NCBI GenBank assembly: GCA_964016885.1
Contig: OZ024742.1
Span: 174,840,001 to 174,904,000, forward strand
Origin: Eledone cirrhosa
Lineage: Eukaryota
Length of the DNA stretch: 64,000 bases
Direction: 5' to 3'
Shown: piece after piece, positions 38,407-51,768 of the stretch
Position numbering within the stretch: position 1 is the first letter of the stretch
Layout: every line of letters starts with the position of its first letter
Made by a program: the position numbers and the translations under genes
The notes under the pieces: generated by a model
What the model saw: the letters and a program-made list of their open reading frames with translations, nothing else
Databases searched by the model: none
Told to the model about the DNA's origin: nothing

Positions 38407-41400
38407 AACACTACACTGCAGGGCATATACAAATGACACTAGATGCTTTAAGATTCGTTGGTAAATTTGTGAGAGTCACACAACACACATGCATATTTAC
38501 AATTTTTGTCAACCAATTTCCACTTAGAAGGGTTTTTTCAATGTGAGCTTATAGTGGAAAGTTCTTGTCCAAGATGCCATTCAGTGGAATTAAGCCTGGA
38601 ATAATGTAGCCACACCTCTACCTAATGTTCCTGTCATTATTCTTGCTGTAGAAAACTAAATGTTTTTCTTCAAGAAACAATACATTATTATTTAATCAAG
38701 ATTACATCATATTAACTCCTTAACAGCTACCTTCTAAATAAACCAGTTTTCTGAATGATTTGTAAGGTAGACTGGACTCTTTAGTCTTTTTAGAGACCTG
38801 ACAACCACTCTAAATTTTGTATCATAATAAAATGGATCCAGTACACTTTGTAATGTGCTGGTGCTGATGTCATAAAATACACCCAGTATGCATTGTAAAG
38901 TAGTAGTGTTTGTGCCACAATAAAATGCAACCAGTACATTCTGAAAGTTAGTAGTAGTACCAGGATAAATCATATTAATATACATTGTAAAATGCTAGTG
39001 CTTGGTGCTACACAATGTATGCTTCTAGCATACACAATGGTGCTACACAATGTATGCTTCTAGCATACATTGTAAATTAATAATCAGAAACTCTGTAAAT
39101 TCTTGATTATTTTCAAAATTAATTGAAAACCATAAGCAGTGTCTCTCATTAGACAGATGGTAATGAAAGGGTTAAAATATTTATATTTGTTTAATAACTT
39201 TCCATTATAATTTTATGCTCCAGACACCAGATAAATAATGAAAAAGTTACTTGTATTACTAAGACTCTCTAAAATCATAGGCAATATCTTTCATTATAAA
39301 TATGGTAATGAAAGTGTTAATGCAAATGTAATTTAGTATAGAGTTTGTTGATCCTTGAAATTTACAACAATAATGAGTAAAATGTAGGTGAAACAAAAAT
39401 AATGAAGTCATTGGTTTTTCATTTGATACGAATCATGTTTCTTGCCTGTTCATAAAGTTTGGTCATGCATAGAAGATAAACTGCCTTCAATTAGTTATGT
39501 TGATACTAATTGAATGTGCTGTCCAATACTACGACTGCCAGCAATAATCATAATTCACCATTGTCAGACGTCTACTATCCATTAAATGACCTTCAATTGA
39601 CAGAACCAATTATAAACATGCACATTTTTTCAGAGAGAAAAAAAATAATACTCAGAAAATATTGCTAAAGATTATATTTAACTACAAATAAAGGAGATTG
39701 TACACCAACCACAATAAATAATAAGGCTCAAAACTGAACTAGCAATGGAGAAAGGAGCATTAATATTTTGCATAAAAGTTATATCAACGAAGAAAAGGAA
39801 AGGAGCCAATCATTAGATTGGACCAAGGAATCCATGTTTCTATTGGTCTTTCAATTGTTGATACTATCTGCTGCTTCAGGCTGAATTAACCTTAAAATAA
39901 AATAATCACATGATTCAGGCATCAAAAGAGGGGGAACACAATTCTAATAAAATTAAATGTATTTGTCATTCTAAAAATCATTTTCTCTATTTGCTAACTG
40001 TATATACAGGGGTGGGGGACACCACAATTTTTCAAGTGATTAAATGCTCAACATTAGAACATATTATTTAATGTGATTGACTTTAATTAATCCCCATTAT
40101 TCAGAAATGACAAGGAGCTTTTCATTAGGAATGTCATGGATGGCTCACATTGTTCTCTTTATTGAGAAGCATTATAATTGTTTGAAACTTCACATTATAT
40201 TTCATCATATCTGCTCATTTCTTTCTTGGTTTTCCTTTTCCACAGCTCCCTTTCACTTGGAACTTTTGAAACATCTTCACCCAATGATCATCATTAATGC
40301 ACATTGTTTCCATACCAACAAAATCGTCTCTCCTACATACGATTCCTATCACAGACAGGTTTTCTTTCAGCTAATCTGTGGTTATAATTTATGTCAGAGG
40401 TATCATAACTGTTCTGCTTACAGGAGGCAGGATTTGAAATTGGAATACCCAACCCTGAGTAGGTACTACAAGGTTTCCTGTTTGATACTTTAGCAATTCT
40501 GCCAAGACATTGTCCATGGAATGAAATTTATTTACTAAAATTTTGAAAGGCAAATTTGACCTCGGCAGGATTTGAAACCAGAGAGCTGCCACACATTCCA
40601 TTCACATGTATATTGAATATATTCAATAGATGATCAGATATACCAATATTTTGCCAAGTGAGGTTAATTCGTTTGTTACTTACGTGCTCAGTTATTTTAT
40701 CATTACAAATATAATTAAATTTTTAGGTAATGCTCTTAATAAAAAAAAGTTATTTTATTAAATTCTTCTACATTTTAAATTATTTTCAAAATATATTGAA
40801 ACACGTAGGTAATGTATTTCATTAGAAGTATGGAGAATGGTTTTGATACTTAGATGAACCGTGGAATGTAAAGTTATCCTTCTAATCACCATGAAATGTC
40901 ATCAGTTAAAATTTGAACTCGCAACTTTGTTGGTTGTAGTGCATCCATGGATTTGTTGCTCAGTTATTTTGTCATTACAAATATAAATAATCAAAGCAGA
41001 AGTATAGCTGTGTGCATGAGTTCGATTTGCACCCACTTGGTTATGGATTCAGTCCCATTGAATGGCACATTGTGCAGTTGTCTTCTACTGTAGCTCAGTT
41101 TAACCAATGTCTACTCAGTGAAAATTGATAGATGGATATTGTGGAGAAGCCAATCATGTGTGGAAGAAGTAAATGGAAATAACAAGGCAAACAATGCAAT
41201 CCAATGAAGAAATATATTAGTTTAACACTTAATATAGTAGGAAAAGAGCCTTTGTTACAGACACTTGTCCTTTGTCAGAGGAAAGAAATAGAAATAAAAG
41301 ATGAAATAAAAAGATAGTATAAAAAGTAACAGTAAAATAAATTGAGAAAAAGCACATGTCAGTCAGCGATTATCATCATCATTGTTTAACATCCATTCTC

Positions 41401-43519
41401 CATGCTAGCATCGGTTAGACAGATAGTCCCATTAGAGGCAAGTTGGGCCAGCTGATCATGTCTTCCTCGTATAGAACTATTTCTGGCTAGGTTTCTATAG
41501 CTGTATGCCCTTCCTAATACGAACCACATTTACATATATATATAATTATTTTATAATTATATATATATAAAATTAGAATGTATGTGGGATAACATTTACT
41601 ATTTGTTCTGTAAGTGAGCTGCTATTCAACCAAAAGAGATTGATAAAATATGTATCAGACTTAAATAAAAATAAGTACTGGGGTAAGTTATATTATTTGA
41701 AGGGGTACTCCGGCATGGCCATGATCTAATGAGTGAAATAAGTGAACGAATGCTATCTAAAAGAACCATTTTAAATACACCAAACAAATATTAAAATCAT
41801 TTGAAAATGAAAATTAATAAATAAATCATTCCAATAGAATTAATGTACCTGATGTTTATATTAACTTTTTATGACTGGTGCCTTATTTTCCCTTGTAATG
41901 CATGAGAAATCTAATTGACAGAATAAACATCTGCAACTTTTGATTTTATTTACGACATTTGTTTGTTCATATTTTTTTGGATAAACATTTACTTAAATTT
42001 TAATTCATGTGATATGATGTCATTCCTAACTTATCGTCTCGCCTCTGTCCAATTTCGTCATATATTAGACTAGATTTAGCTGGTATTATCTGATAATGCC
42101 TATATGATAGCTTGTTTGAAAATATGTTTGCATGAGGTTCTGAATAAATTAGTCTAAAAGATTCATGATAAAATTGCACTATCGAAAGACACAGGATTAA
42201 ATAATAAATACAAAATAAAAGTTTGTTTCAGATGTTACAAAGACTATAATTTTGTTTGCTTCAGAATATAATGTACAAGGGAAAGCTTGTATGAACAAGT
42301 CTCACTGATTTTCTCCTCTTTTGATGAAAGCTTTCTTACCTCAAATTATAATGAAATATAAGGTAAAAACTGTTGTTTTGTTTTCCCTTTCTTACTCTAG
42401 TTTCACCATTGTATTTCTTAGTGACTTTCCCAAAACTATCATAAACACATATCTCACAATGCTTCATAATATATATTTAATTTTAAATAAAATGTAAAAC
42501 AAATAAATAGCAAAATGAATGAAACCTCAAGTAGTATAAAATATAAATATATAGATAAACAAATTCAAAATCTAAAGAGCAAAAGACAACAACAGAAAAA
42601 ATAACTAAAGATTTACTTGCTATAAATATCTGATAAAGAAGCCCTGTATTATGGTTGAAAACAATTTATACATAAGTTTACTTAGTAAGTGGCTCATGTC
42701 ATTCATAAACATTTTTTATATGTTTTCCATTCTATAGTACTTGCTTAATGGTTTATTTTGTATTTTCAACACTTGAAATGCTACAGGGAATAGTATTAAA
42801 AAAATCTATTTGTCTTATCTCAATCTTATTTTTGAGTGGGTCTTGAAAACTGTGATTTTTATGTCATGGCATTGACTGTTCCATTTGTTTACATAAATTT
42901 TCCTGTACTTTAATTTTATTTTGATGACTACTGACATCAGAAATACTAATGTTTGTGTCATCATCATCATCAGTATCATTATTTTGCATCCATTTTTCTA
43001 TAGTCCCAACGCTTGTCTAGGTTTTCTCCAGCACAACACTATTTCAACACATTTAGCTGTTTCTCATTATGGGAATCATCATTCTCAGATCTATCATAAA
43101 CACTTCTTCCTATAATTTTATTTCAGGAGTAGAGAGTTCATCTTCTGTATATATATATATATTTTTTTTTTTTTTCTGGTTGGGCTTCTTAGAATTTATT
43201 TAGGCAACTGCCATCTCTGGCTTCTTACACCTGATTTCTCTTATACCCAGTTTTCTTTCATCCCAACTCTGCTCAGTTGATCACATACATTAACATTACA
43301 TATTTAACGCTTACTCTCCATTACAGGATATTATCTAAAAACAGGATATTATCTAAAAACAGGATCATCTATTCTAACGTTTATAGTATCTTGACAAGTG
43401 GCTAGATCATTGTGAAATTGTGTAGTATTAAGATAAAGCCATTAATTCTTCATGAAATACTGTCCTAGTGTTGTTTTATACTTTTCAAGATTGTCTTGCT
43501 AATGCAGGTTAATATGTTA

Positions 43520-44300
43520 CAGGACATTAAATGTTGATAAAGAGATCTCGCCTCATTTCTTTCCTACCTTCATACAGTTTCTGCTTCCAATGACCCCTTT
43601 TTGCTGCAATGTAATACTCCATTGTGTACACAAACATCACACTTTCAGCTTTTTGTGGAGAGAAAGAACCCTTCATTTGCCAGCAGATGTAATAGTACCT
43701 TGAACTTATCCCACCCATTCTTATACTGATTATTATGATTTGAGAGCACCCATGTTCACTGTTGATTGGATCATAAAAGTAATAGAAGTATAGGGAGCCT
43801 ACCAAGCTTTTAAAAGAATTCATTTTATGTATGCTTTTGTTGCTAGCTTCCCTTGTGCATGTGCTTATCTATGAAGTTTTTCTTCTCAGTCAGCCTGCCT
43901 GTAATCCTGCAGAATGTCTTTTGTACGCTTAGTTTACATTATATTCAGTTTACAGAGTGGAATTCTTACCTATACATATGTGCATTAAAATAGACCACTT
44001 TTCAGGTAGTAGTCGACTTTTCTATTCCTTTTCACTAACTTAGACTTGTTTTGCTCTGTTTACATTTCAGCTGCTTGATTCTACACTCTGCTTCTGTGTT
44101 TGGAATTTTTGCTTTAATACTTTGACTTACCAGGCTATGCAAATTACGTTCCTTTGAACATCCTGTCATGATAATGTTATGGCCTGGACGATTATAATAA
44201 ACAAGGAAGCTAAGAAAATATCCTTGATTTACACATTTATGCATGCTAAGTCCCTTACTGAACTCACAGCTCCCTCTCATTTTGCTGATAACAGCCCAGT
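43520..44300 (-). mobile_element. Heavily decayed RTE RT fragment
   Basis: Minus-strand remnants align by eye to the 19.3-20.1 kb RT, e.g. EFSKGLSMHKCVNQG, TGCSKE, SLYFYYFYDPINSEHGCSQ. Confidence 0.7.
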
Positions 44301-44628
44301 ACAATGCTTGCTGGCCAAATGATTAAGAAGTTCACTTTGCAACCATTAATTTACAGGTTTGATCTCCCAACTTGGAATTTTAATCAAATATAATTTAATT
44401 TACCATTGCCGTGGGCCAACCCATGCTTTGTCAGTGAAATCAGATAGTTAGAAACTGTTTGGAAGCCCATCAGATGGACTGTACCAGTCTCCTGAAAATT
44501 ACGTTAAAGATTCACATGTTTTTAGATTCCTCAGCCATTTACACATTATTTTCATGAGCTGGCTGTTTTGTTTATTCATGGACTGGAACAATCACCAACA
44601 AAACTAACAGAGGTCAATTCTATTCTTT

Positions 44629-44664
<36 letters not shown>

Positions 44665-45863
44665 TGTTTGTCCTGTGACCTATGACTTAATGGTTCAATA
44701 AAATAAGTACCAGATTGGAAATGACCAACTAAAGCCCTTCAATATGGAGCCACAGTATGTCCATCGTCCAATGACTGAAACCAATAATTTATAATTTAGG
44801 CACAAGGCTAGAAATTTGTGGAGAGGGTAAGTCGACTATATTAACCCCGGGTTGGTACTCTATTTTGTTGAAACAGAAAGGATAAAAAGTTAATGTTGAC
44901 GTCAGGGGAATTTGAACTCTGAATGTTTATGGCAAGAATAAAAACCAGTCAAATCATAAAAGAATGTAAAGTGAATGAAATTTTAAAGTAATTATCTTTA
45001 TGAAAGTATACTCATTGTAGACCTAGTTGAAAGCTTTGCTTCTGTTAATGGTAGCATGCTTAGTTTTGTTGAACTTCTCAAGCTATTATGTTTCTGTAAA
45101 CAGAAATTAATCTTACTCTGAAGATTGATATGGTTTAATATATTAATGTATGATATAAGATAGCATGTCTCTAGTGGATTCCTTTGATTGTATGGAAGCC
45201 ATACAGGTAGTCCCTTGATAGATAAAGACACATACATGCACAGACACACAGACAAAGGCATACATAGACTTAGACAAACACAGCCACATTGAGACAGACA
45301 CACAGATACACAGACAAGGAGATACTCAGACACAGACAAATACACACTCTGATATGCAAGTGAGGTGATTATTTCAAAAAATCTCCTTGACCTTTGTGAT
45401 ATTATTAATAATATTTTTCAACGTTTCTCATTATTAAGCTAGTGTTTCAACATAATTTAAAAAGAATTTTTACATCAAACTATTGGGGAGGGCTTTAGAC
45501 AAATATAAACATTGTAAAGCAAGGAGCGTTGTATCATAGATCCAGGGCAGTTTGGCAAGAAAAAGCTACACCAAACAAAATTTATAGTTCTAAACATATT
45601 CTAATGAAAGACACTGAATATGATATTCAAATAATTTCAAATTAAGATGGTGTTTGAAATATAACTTAATAAAAGTTCTTACATCAAAGTATGATACATG
45701 AACAATTTAAAACAAAATGTTATGTATCATATAGTCAGGAGTGATTTCAGGGGGTTTGGTATCAAAAAGGCTAGCACCTAAATGATAAGAAGGCGTAATT
45801 CATCCATAACTTAGTATTCACTCTTGAAATAGGACAAAGAGCAAAATAAGCATGTTATAGTAC

Positions 45864-46219
45864 TGTAGTGACCTACTTTCCTAGGGCTCATAGATACATT
45901 CTCCGTGTGTTGTTTGGCTCAGTTGAGCCAATTGCAGCCAGCATAGGAGAATGTATCTCGAGACGCCCTGAGGGAAAAATTCCTGCGTCAATTTAGAAAT
46001 TTCTCTCTTGCAATTTGACCATGCTAAGGTAAACACTACTTCTTCTTTTGCTCCGCAAGCACAAGCAATATGTAACGGTGAGATTTGCACTCTGGCTTGT
46101 CGGCCTTCCTTGGGTCTGGCACAATGCCACATTCTTTTAATAACCTTTATATTGTTAATTTTAACTATCCAATTCAACAAACATTACTTTGTGATTAACT
46201 TTGTCTCTTTCTCACTACA
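45864..46219. mobile_element. Solo-LTR-like unit (356 bp)
   Basis: Ends TGTAGTGA...TCACTACA (8-bp inverted, TG..CA); more GC/CpG-rich than flanks; no matching TSD seen. Confidence 0.5.
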
Positions 46220-49200
46220 ATAAATAAACATACATTCATCATAATTATCCATGTTGATATTCCCATCATTATTATATCTTTCTGCTAAAATGGTGACTCG
46301 ATGTCAGTCTCGTTGATATCAATTATTAGAAACAACAGCTAAAGTACTGTTACAAAACTGTTTGTTTTATAGTGTTTATATTGTCAGGGGCATATGTGTA
46401 TGGCTCTACTAAGTGAGTGGAATTTAGTAGATGGAACTATAGAAGCCTGTCATATATATATATGTATATATATATAATGTGTGTGTGTGTGTGTGTGTGT
46501 TTTCATGCCTGTGCTTATATTCAGTGTTTGCTTATGTCCTGTAACTTAATGGTTTGGCATAGAATTTGGTAAAATAAATAACAAACCTGACAGAATGAAA
46601 TATGGCCAACTAAATGCCCCCAAAGCTGTGCCCCAGCTTGACTGGAGTCAAATAGCTAGTTAAAGAATTATGGAAGGAATATTTATCTAAAACTATCGAT
46701 CATAATGTTATATGAGAATATTTATATTATACTCCAAACATGGGCTAAATTCTTTAAACAGAGTGGATAAATTTATTCTTCCCAAATTTCCTAAATTTCC
46801 TAAATTATATCAAAATTATTGACAGTGTCTTTGGAACTATGGTAATGGAAGAATTAAAATATTAAGTTGTAATATTAAATTATCAAATTGACTGAATATC
46901 ATACGAAACTGTGTAACATCACACATTCACAGCTGTTGTCCTTCTTAATTAGTTCAGGTAAACACTGATGAAGCAGAATAATCAAGTGAACTCCAACTAT
47001 GAATATCCCATATTATAATATTTCCAAACATAATTTAACTACATTATCAAATTTATTCTTATTTTTCAGATGGTTAGTTAAAAGTTGAGGGAGATGTCAT
47101 CATCATCATCATCATTAGCTTTCCCTAATGGAAAGGTTTGGTTGGGTTCTCACTGACAGTCAGTATTGAGTCACCAGTAATGCACTGGGTAATTGCTGGC
47201 CTTGTGCCTAAAGTAGAAACAAGTATTGAGTCAAGTCTACTGACATCACAAACAAGCCAGAAGACAGTATTTTGATTTACATATGGTTTTACATGCTACC
47301 AAATGCCAAATGTATTTTATCATGGCACAAACACTAAAGAGGTTTCCTTCAAAGAGGTGACCTTTGAATCCTTTGTTTGGCTAGCTTTCTATAGCTGGAT
47401 GCCCTTCTTATCATCACTCACTTTACAGTTTGTACTTGGGATTATCAATTAGCTCACCAACATTAGGGACATTATGTCATTGACATCACTGAAAGATCCT
47501 CCCAACCCTTTTCCTTTGGCATGCTTTCTTAGTTGGCATGCTTTCTTAGTTGTTATTTTATCAGGTCAAGTTATCATGCGAATTTCATCTATTGGCTCAA
47601 CACATTCACTATATGGGTGAATATATATGAATTATATGGATATATGATATTATCATCATCATCTGTTCACATTTCCCTGCTGGCATAAGTTGGACAAGTC
47701 TTCTTTCCTATTGCTTTCTCCCACTGGTTGAATTCCTTTGTCTTCTCTTTTATGAGGTTCAGCCTTCTGAGATAAGGAAACACAACTTTACCCAGGTTTT
47801 TTTAGGTTTCCTCTTTTGCAGTCACCTTCCATATGAAATTCACTCAGCAATAATCATCCATGCATGTACCAGTGCAATATCTGAATCCTCTCATATTCAT
47901 TTCTTCTCTCAACTCATTTGTGCTTTGTCATTCCTGCACAGTAACAATTAGCATCCAGCAGAGTATATAAGCCTCATCCCTGTGTAAAACAGAAAATGTT
48001 CATGCTGATGCTTTGTTGATCCTGTGTTTTAGCTTCAATGTCATCTGCTACAATGCTGTAAGTGTCCTGGTTTAACTCAAATACTTTTAAATTGGAACGC
48101 TTGCATCTCTAGTTTTAGTATGTTAATGACTGTGCATGTCTTCTTTCATTTATTCCCTTTAATTTTTATTGATTTTCTTCTTTTGTATATCATATATATT
48201 GTCAACATGAACAAAATGTTTTCATAAAAAAATTACTGCCCATAAATTCTCATGAATTTTACAAGATATTTTGAACTAAAATTAAGAGCTAAAATATGGA
48301 GTCATGTTATACACAACTAGATGATTTCAGAAATATCTATTGAGCTTAAAAATACAAATTTTCAATAGTAAGATTGCAAATACTTATGCATAACAAATAT
48401 TTACAACATTTTTAACATTTGCTTGTTTTACATTCCTTGAAAAACTGAATAATGTAGAGAAATATATGTGTGAGATCAAGCTTTTGATGGATAACAAATT
48501 AACAGAAACATTTTGCATTGATGTTGCTGGACAAAAAATTATAATTTATTCCCTTTTTTATCAGCTTCAGAACAGGAGCAGTATTCCACACCAAGAACTA
48601 TGATCGTATTTTGTTTATGTTATGCAATATATTTACATTTTGTCATGTAAAGTATCACAATATTTTATTATAAACCAAAACTAAATGATGATGATGATAG
48701 TATGATATAGCTATATATTTATCACCTATATAGATAGAACAAATATATGGGTAGAATCTATTTTTATATTTAATGTAGTTTGATAGATTTTGATTTCGCT
48801 GTTTAGTTTTATTCTGAAACTAAAATATCTGAACAAGTCTTGAAATTGTTATGGGGAATTTCATAATGTTTGTTAAATAAAAATAAATTCTGAAATCATA
48901 TATATTTACATTACATTTCATAATTTTTGAAAACATCTATGAAAAAACAGCCTGCAGTCTTGCATGTAAATTTCTAGATAATATGACTAACCTATCAGAA
49001 AAAAAGTCAATATAATTTGTTATACTAGTTCTCTGGGAAAATATCTAATCAAATTTCATCTATAAATCTTTATTAAAGTGAATGAAAGTCTTTTATTATT
49101 TTGTTGCAAATTTGATTCTATGTAAAGAAAATTGAGTTTTCATCATTTCTGACTCACCATTACAGAGCTGAAGTAAATATTTATCCCAGCAGTCATTAAT

Positions 49201-49530
49201 CTCCACCTTACTATAAACACTACCCCCACCTAACATTAAATAGTCCCTCATTAGCCATAACAAATGACAAATTCTATATAGCCTTATATATATATATTAC
49301 AACTAGATACATTTACTTCATTTATACAAAACTATCTTTATTATAGCTAGCTATACACACACTTCATCTATACAATACTACATGTATTAAAACTAGATAC
49401 ACACACTCGTCCTCAAAACTATATAAGTTTTACAACTGGAATATATGTAAGCATGGTGGCATGACAGTTCTACCTTGGTTTCTGAGTACCCATAAATGTC
49501 ATGCCAAAATGGAATATCACACATTAAAAT

Positions 49531-49725
49531 AATTGTTTCTACTTTTGGCACAAGACCAGCAATTACGCAGTGTATTACTGGTACTTTATTTTATCGACCC
49601 TGTAAGGATGAAAGGCAAAGTTAACCTCAGCGGGATTTGAACTCAGATCATAAAGAGACGTAACTATGCTGGAAAGCATGTCTGACCCTCTACCAATACT
49701 GCCAATTGACCGCCCTAGTTCTAGA
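49531..49725 (-). mobile_element. Same SINE family, full-length, 12-bp TSD
   Basis: Collinear with 58257-58447. TSD acacattaaaat at 49519-49530 and 49726-49737. Confidence 0.9.
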
Positions 49726-49741
49726 ACACATTAAAATGATA

Positions 49742-49799
49742 ATCGGTTCTACTTTAGGCGCAAGGCCAGCAATTACCTAGTGCATTACTGGTACTTTAT
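49742..49799 (-). mobile_element. 5'-truncated copy of the same SINE
   Basis: Tail ttctactttaggcgcaaggccagcaatt... with TSD ttaaaatgata at 49731-49741 and 49800-49810. Confidence 0.85.
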
Positions 49800-50411
49800 T
49801 TAAAATGATATTATGTGTGTCGATGTTCGTGTTTGGCTATGTCCCATAAATTAGCTCTTCAGCAAAACGAATTTGATTAAATAAGTACCAGACTTGAAAA
49901 TGTTAAGTACTGGAGTCAATATTATTCACAAAAAATCTTTTTTAAGTTGGTGTCCCAGTATGGCCACATTCTAATGACTGAGACAAGTAAAAGAGTAGAT
50001 GAAATAAATATGTAAAATTTCTTTTCATTTTCTATTTATTTATATATTTATTGACTGGGAAATATCTCTGAAATGTCTCTAGTGTGGTTGAACAGTTCAG
50101 TTCTGCTTCTGTGCAATAGTGTTGACTCTTTATCTGATCAATGATACTTGAAGCAGGTGAAACATAATTTATCTCGTCCCAGTTCAATTGTTAAGCAGCT
50201 GTATGTATTAAAACTAGTTGAAATCTTTTGCTGAATAATTTATCTTATCACAACTATCTCCTCAAATGTAGGAAGATATTGAAACTAGTAAAAAAGAATA
50301 CAAAAACCTTTGGAAACAAATATATAAATGTTTACTATTTGTACTAAATATCATTTATACAAAAAGTTGTGGGTACCCTTAAGTCCTAACACATCAGTCT
50401 CCTTTCCTTTC

Positions 50412-50580
50412 ATTGGAGGGTTGGACGTCATGCAGTGCATCAGAGTTACGTCCCTTTACGGACTGAGTTCAAATCCCACCGAGGTTAACTTTGCCTTTCA
50501 TCCTTACAGGGTCGATAAAATAAAGTACCAGTAATACACTGGTTAATTGCTGGCCTTGTGCCAAAAGTAGAAACAATTAT
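50412..50580 (+). mobile_element. Same SINE family, plus strand
   Basis: gagttcaaatcccaccgaggttaactttgcctttcatccttacagggtcgataaaataaagtaccag...ggccttgtgccaaaagtagaaacaatta. Confidence 0.9.
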
Positions 50581-50670
50581 CTAAACTATAATAAAGGAAG
50601 GTCTGGGGGACTGCGTACGGTTTATTTTTCTTTATCCCGTTAATAAAATAAGTTGGATTACTTTGAATAA

Positions 50671-50746
50671 ATAATTGTTTCTACGTTAGGCACAAGGCCA
50701 GCAATAAACCAGTGCATTACTGGTACTTTATTTTATCGACCCCGTA
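50671..50746 (-). mobile_element. Same SINE family, 5'-truncated
   Basis: taattgtttctacgttaggcacaaggccagcaat...ttttatcgaccccgtaa. Confidence 0.85.
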
Positions 50747-50849
50747 AAAATAATGAATGAATATTACATAATTTATCAACTAAATTTCGTAAACAAAAAT
50801 AATTTCGTAAAAATTTCGTAAAAATAAATAATTTAAAATTGACTTCTTT

Positions 50850-51110
50850 TCAAAGTTGCACTTTCGGTATATCGTTACCACCACCACTTCAACTACCATA
50901 TATATATAGAAAGAGAGAGTGTGTGATGTCAACACTTCCGGTGGTGATCACTTAAATAAACATACTAATTTTCTCCTAATGTAGTTTATATATAATATCG
51001 TCTTTTTTTAATGTATCATGGATTACGTTACTGATTACATAAGACAGTGTAACAACGTCGTCGTTCAATTTCTGTTTATATTGTCAATTACGATTTTATT
51101 TGATGTATCA
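50850..51110. promoter_or_regulatory. Candidate promoter-like segment
   Basis: Local CpG excess in apparently unique sequence, with an ETS-class motif ACTTCCGGT at 50934-50942. Confidence 0.3.
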
Positions 51111-51768
51111 TATCTACATGTATATATACACAATTCACATGCTAGCAGAAAACCACCCGAAGAGTGTTTTTTTCTGCTAGTTTATATAATTAAATATGAG
51201 AACTTAATGAATAATATATTAAAATTAAAGTATTAAGCTCCCTAGTAAAGAAATTAAGGAGATAAAAAGAATATAGCCATTTAACTGCCATGGACTATGT
51301 ATATGAACAGAGTGAAAATTCCTTAAGGATTATATCATGCCATGTAATAAAAATTATCAAAAGAGCTGTATTATACTATTGAATGAAAGTTACCTCAAGA
51401 ACTATATTATACCATATATTGGAGTTTACTTAAAGGACTATATTTTACAATATAGTGGAGTTTACCCAAATGACCCTTATTTTATTATAACAAGTAGATA
51501 GGCTATTATTGATTCCTTTTGATTCAGCTCTTCCTTACATAAATTTATATACATCACTGCCTTTCTCATTTATCCCACCCCTCTCAAACACATACTCTGT
51601 CATTGCTCCTTTCAATACAATATTTCTCATGGAAGACACTGCACATTTAAAATATTTATAAATATTTGAAGAATTCGGAGAGATTAAGTATTATAACTAA
51701 CTTTCTCATTATCAAACTTCTGTTTAAGTTAATAAAGGTTCTTCCATAAAATTAAGATGGATGTTTCA

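Noticed and set aside
39004-39070. Short local duplications (33 bp here; 18 bp at ~43323-43365 and ~47516-47551; ~60 bp at 123-182 and 453-512)
   Set aside because: Ordinary slippage duplications inside repeat-derived sequence.
47070-47072. 3-nt micro-exon ttttcag|ATG|gttagt
   Set aside because: Too short to distinguish from chance without transcript data.
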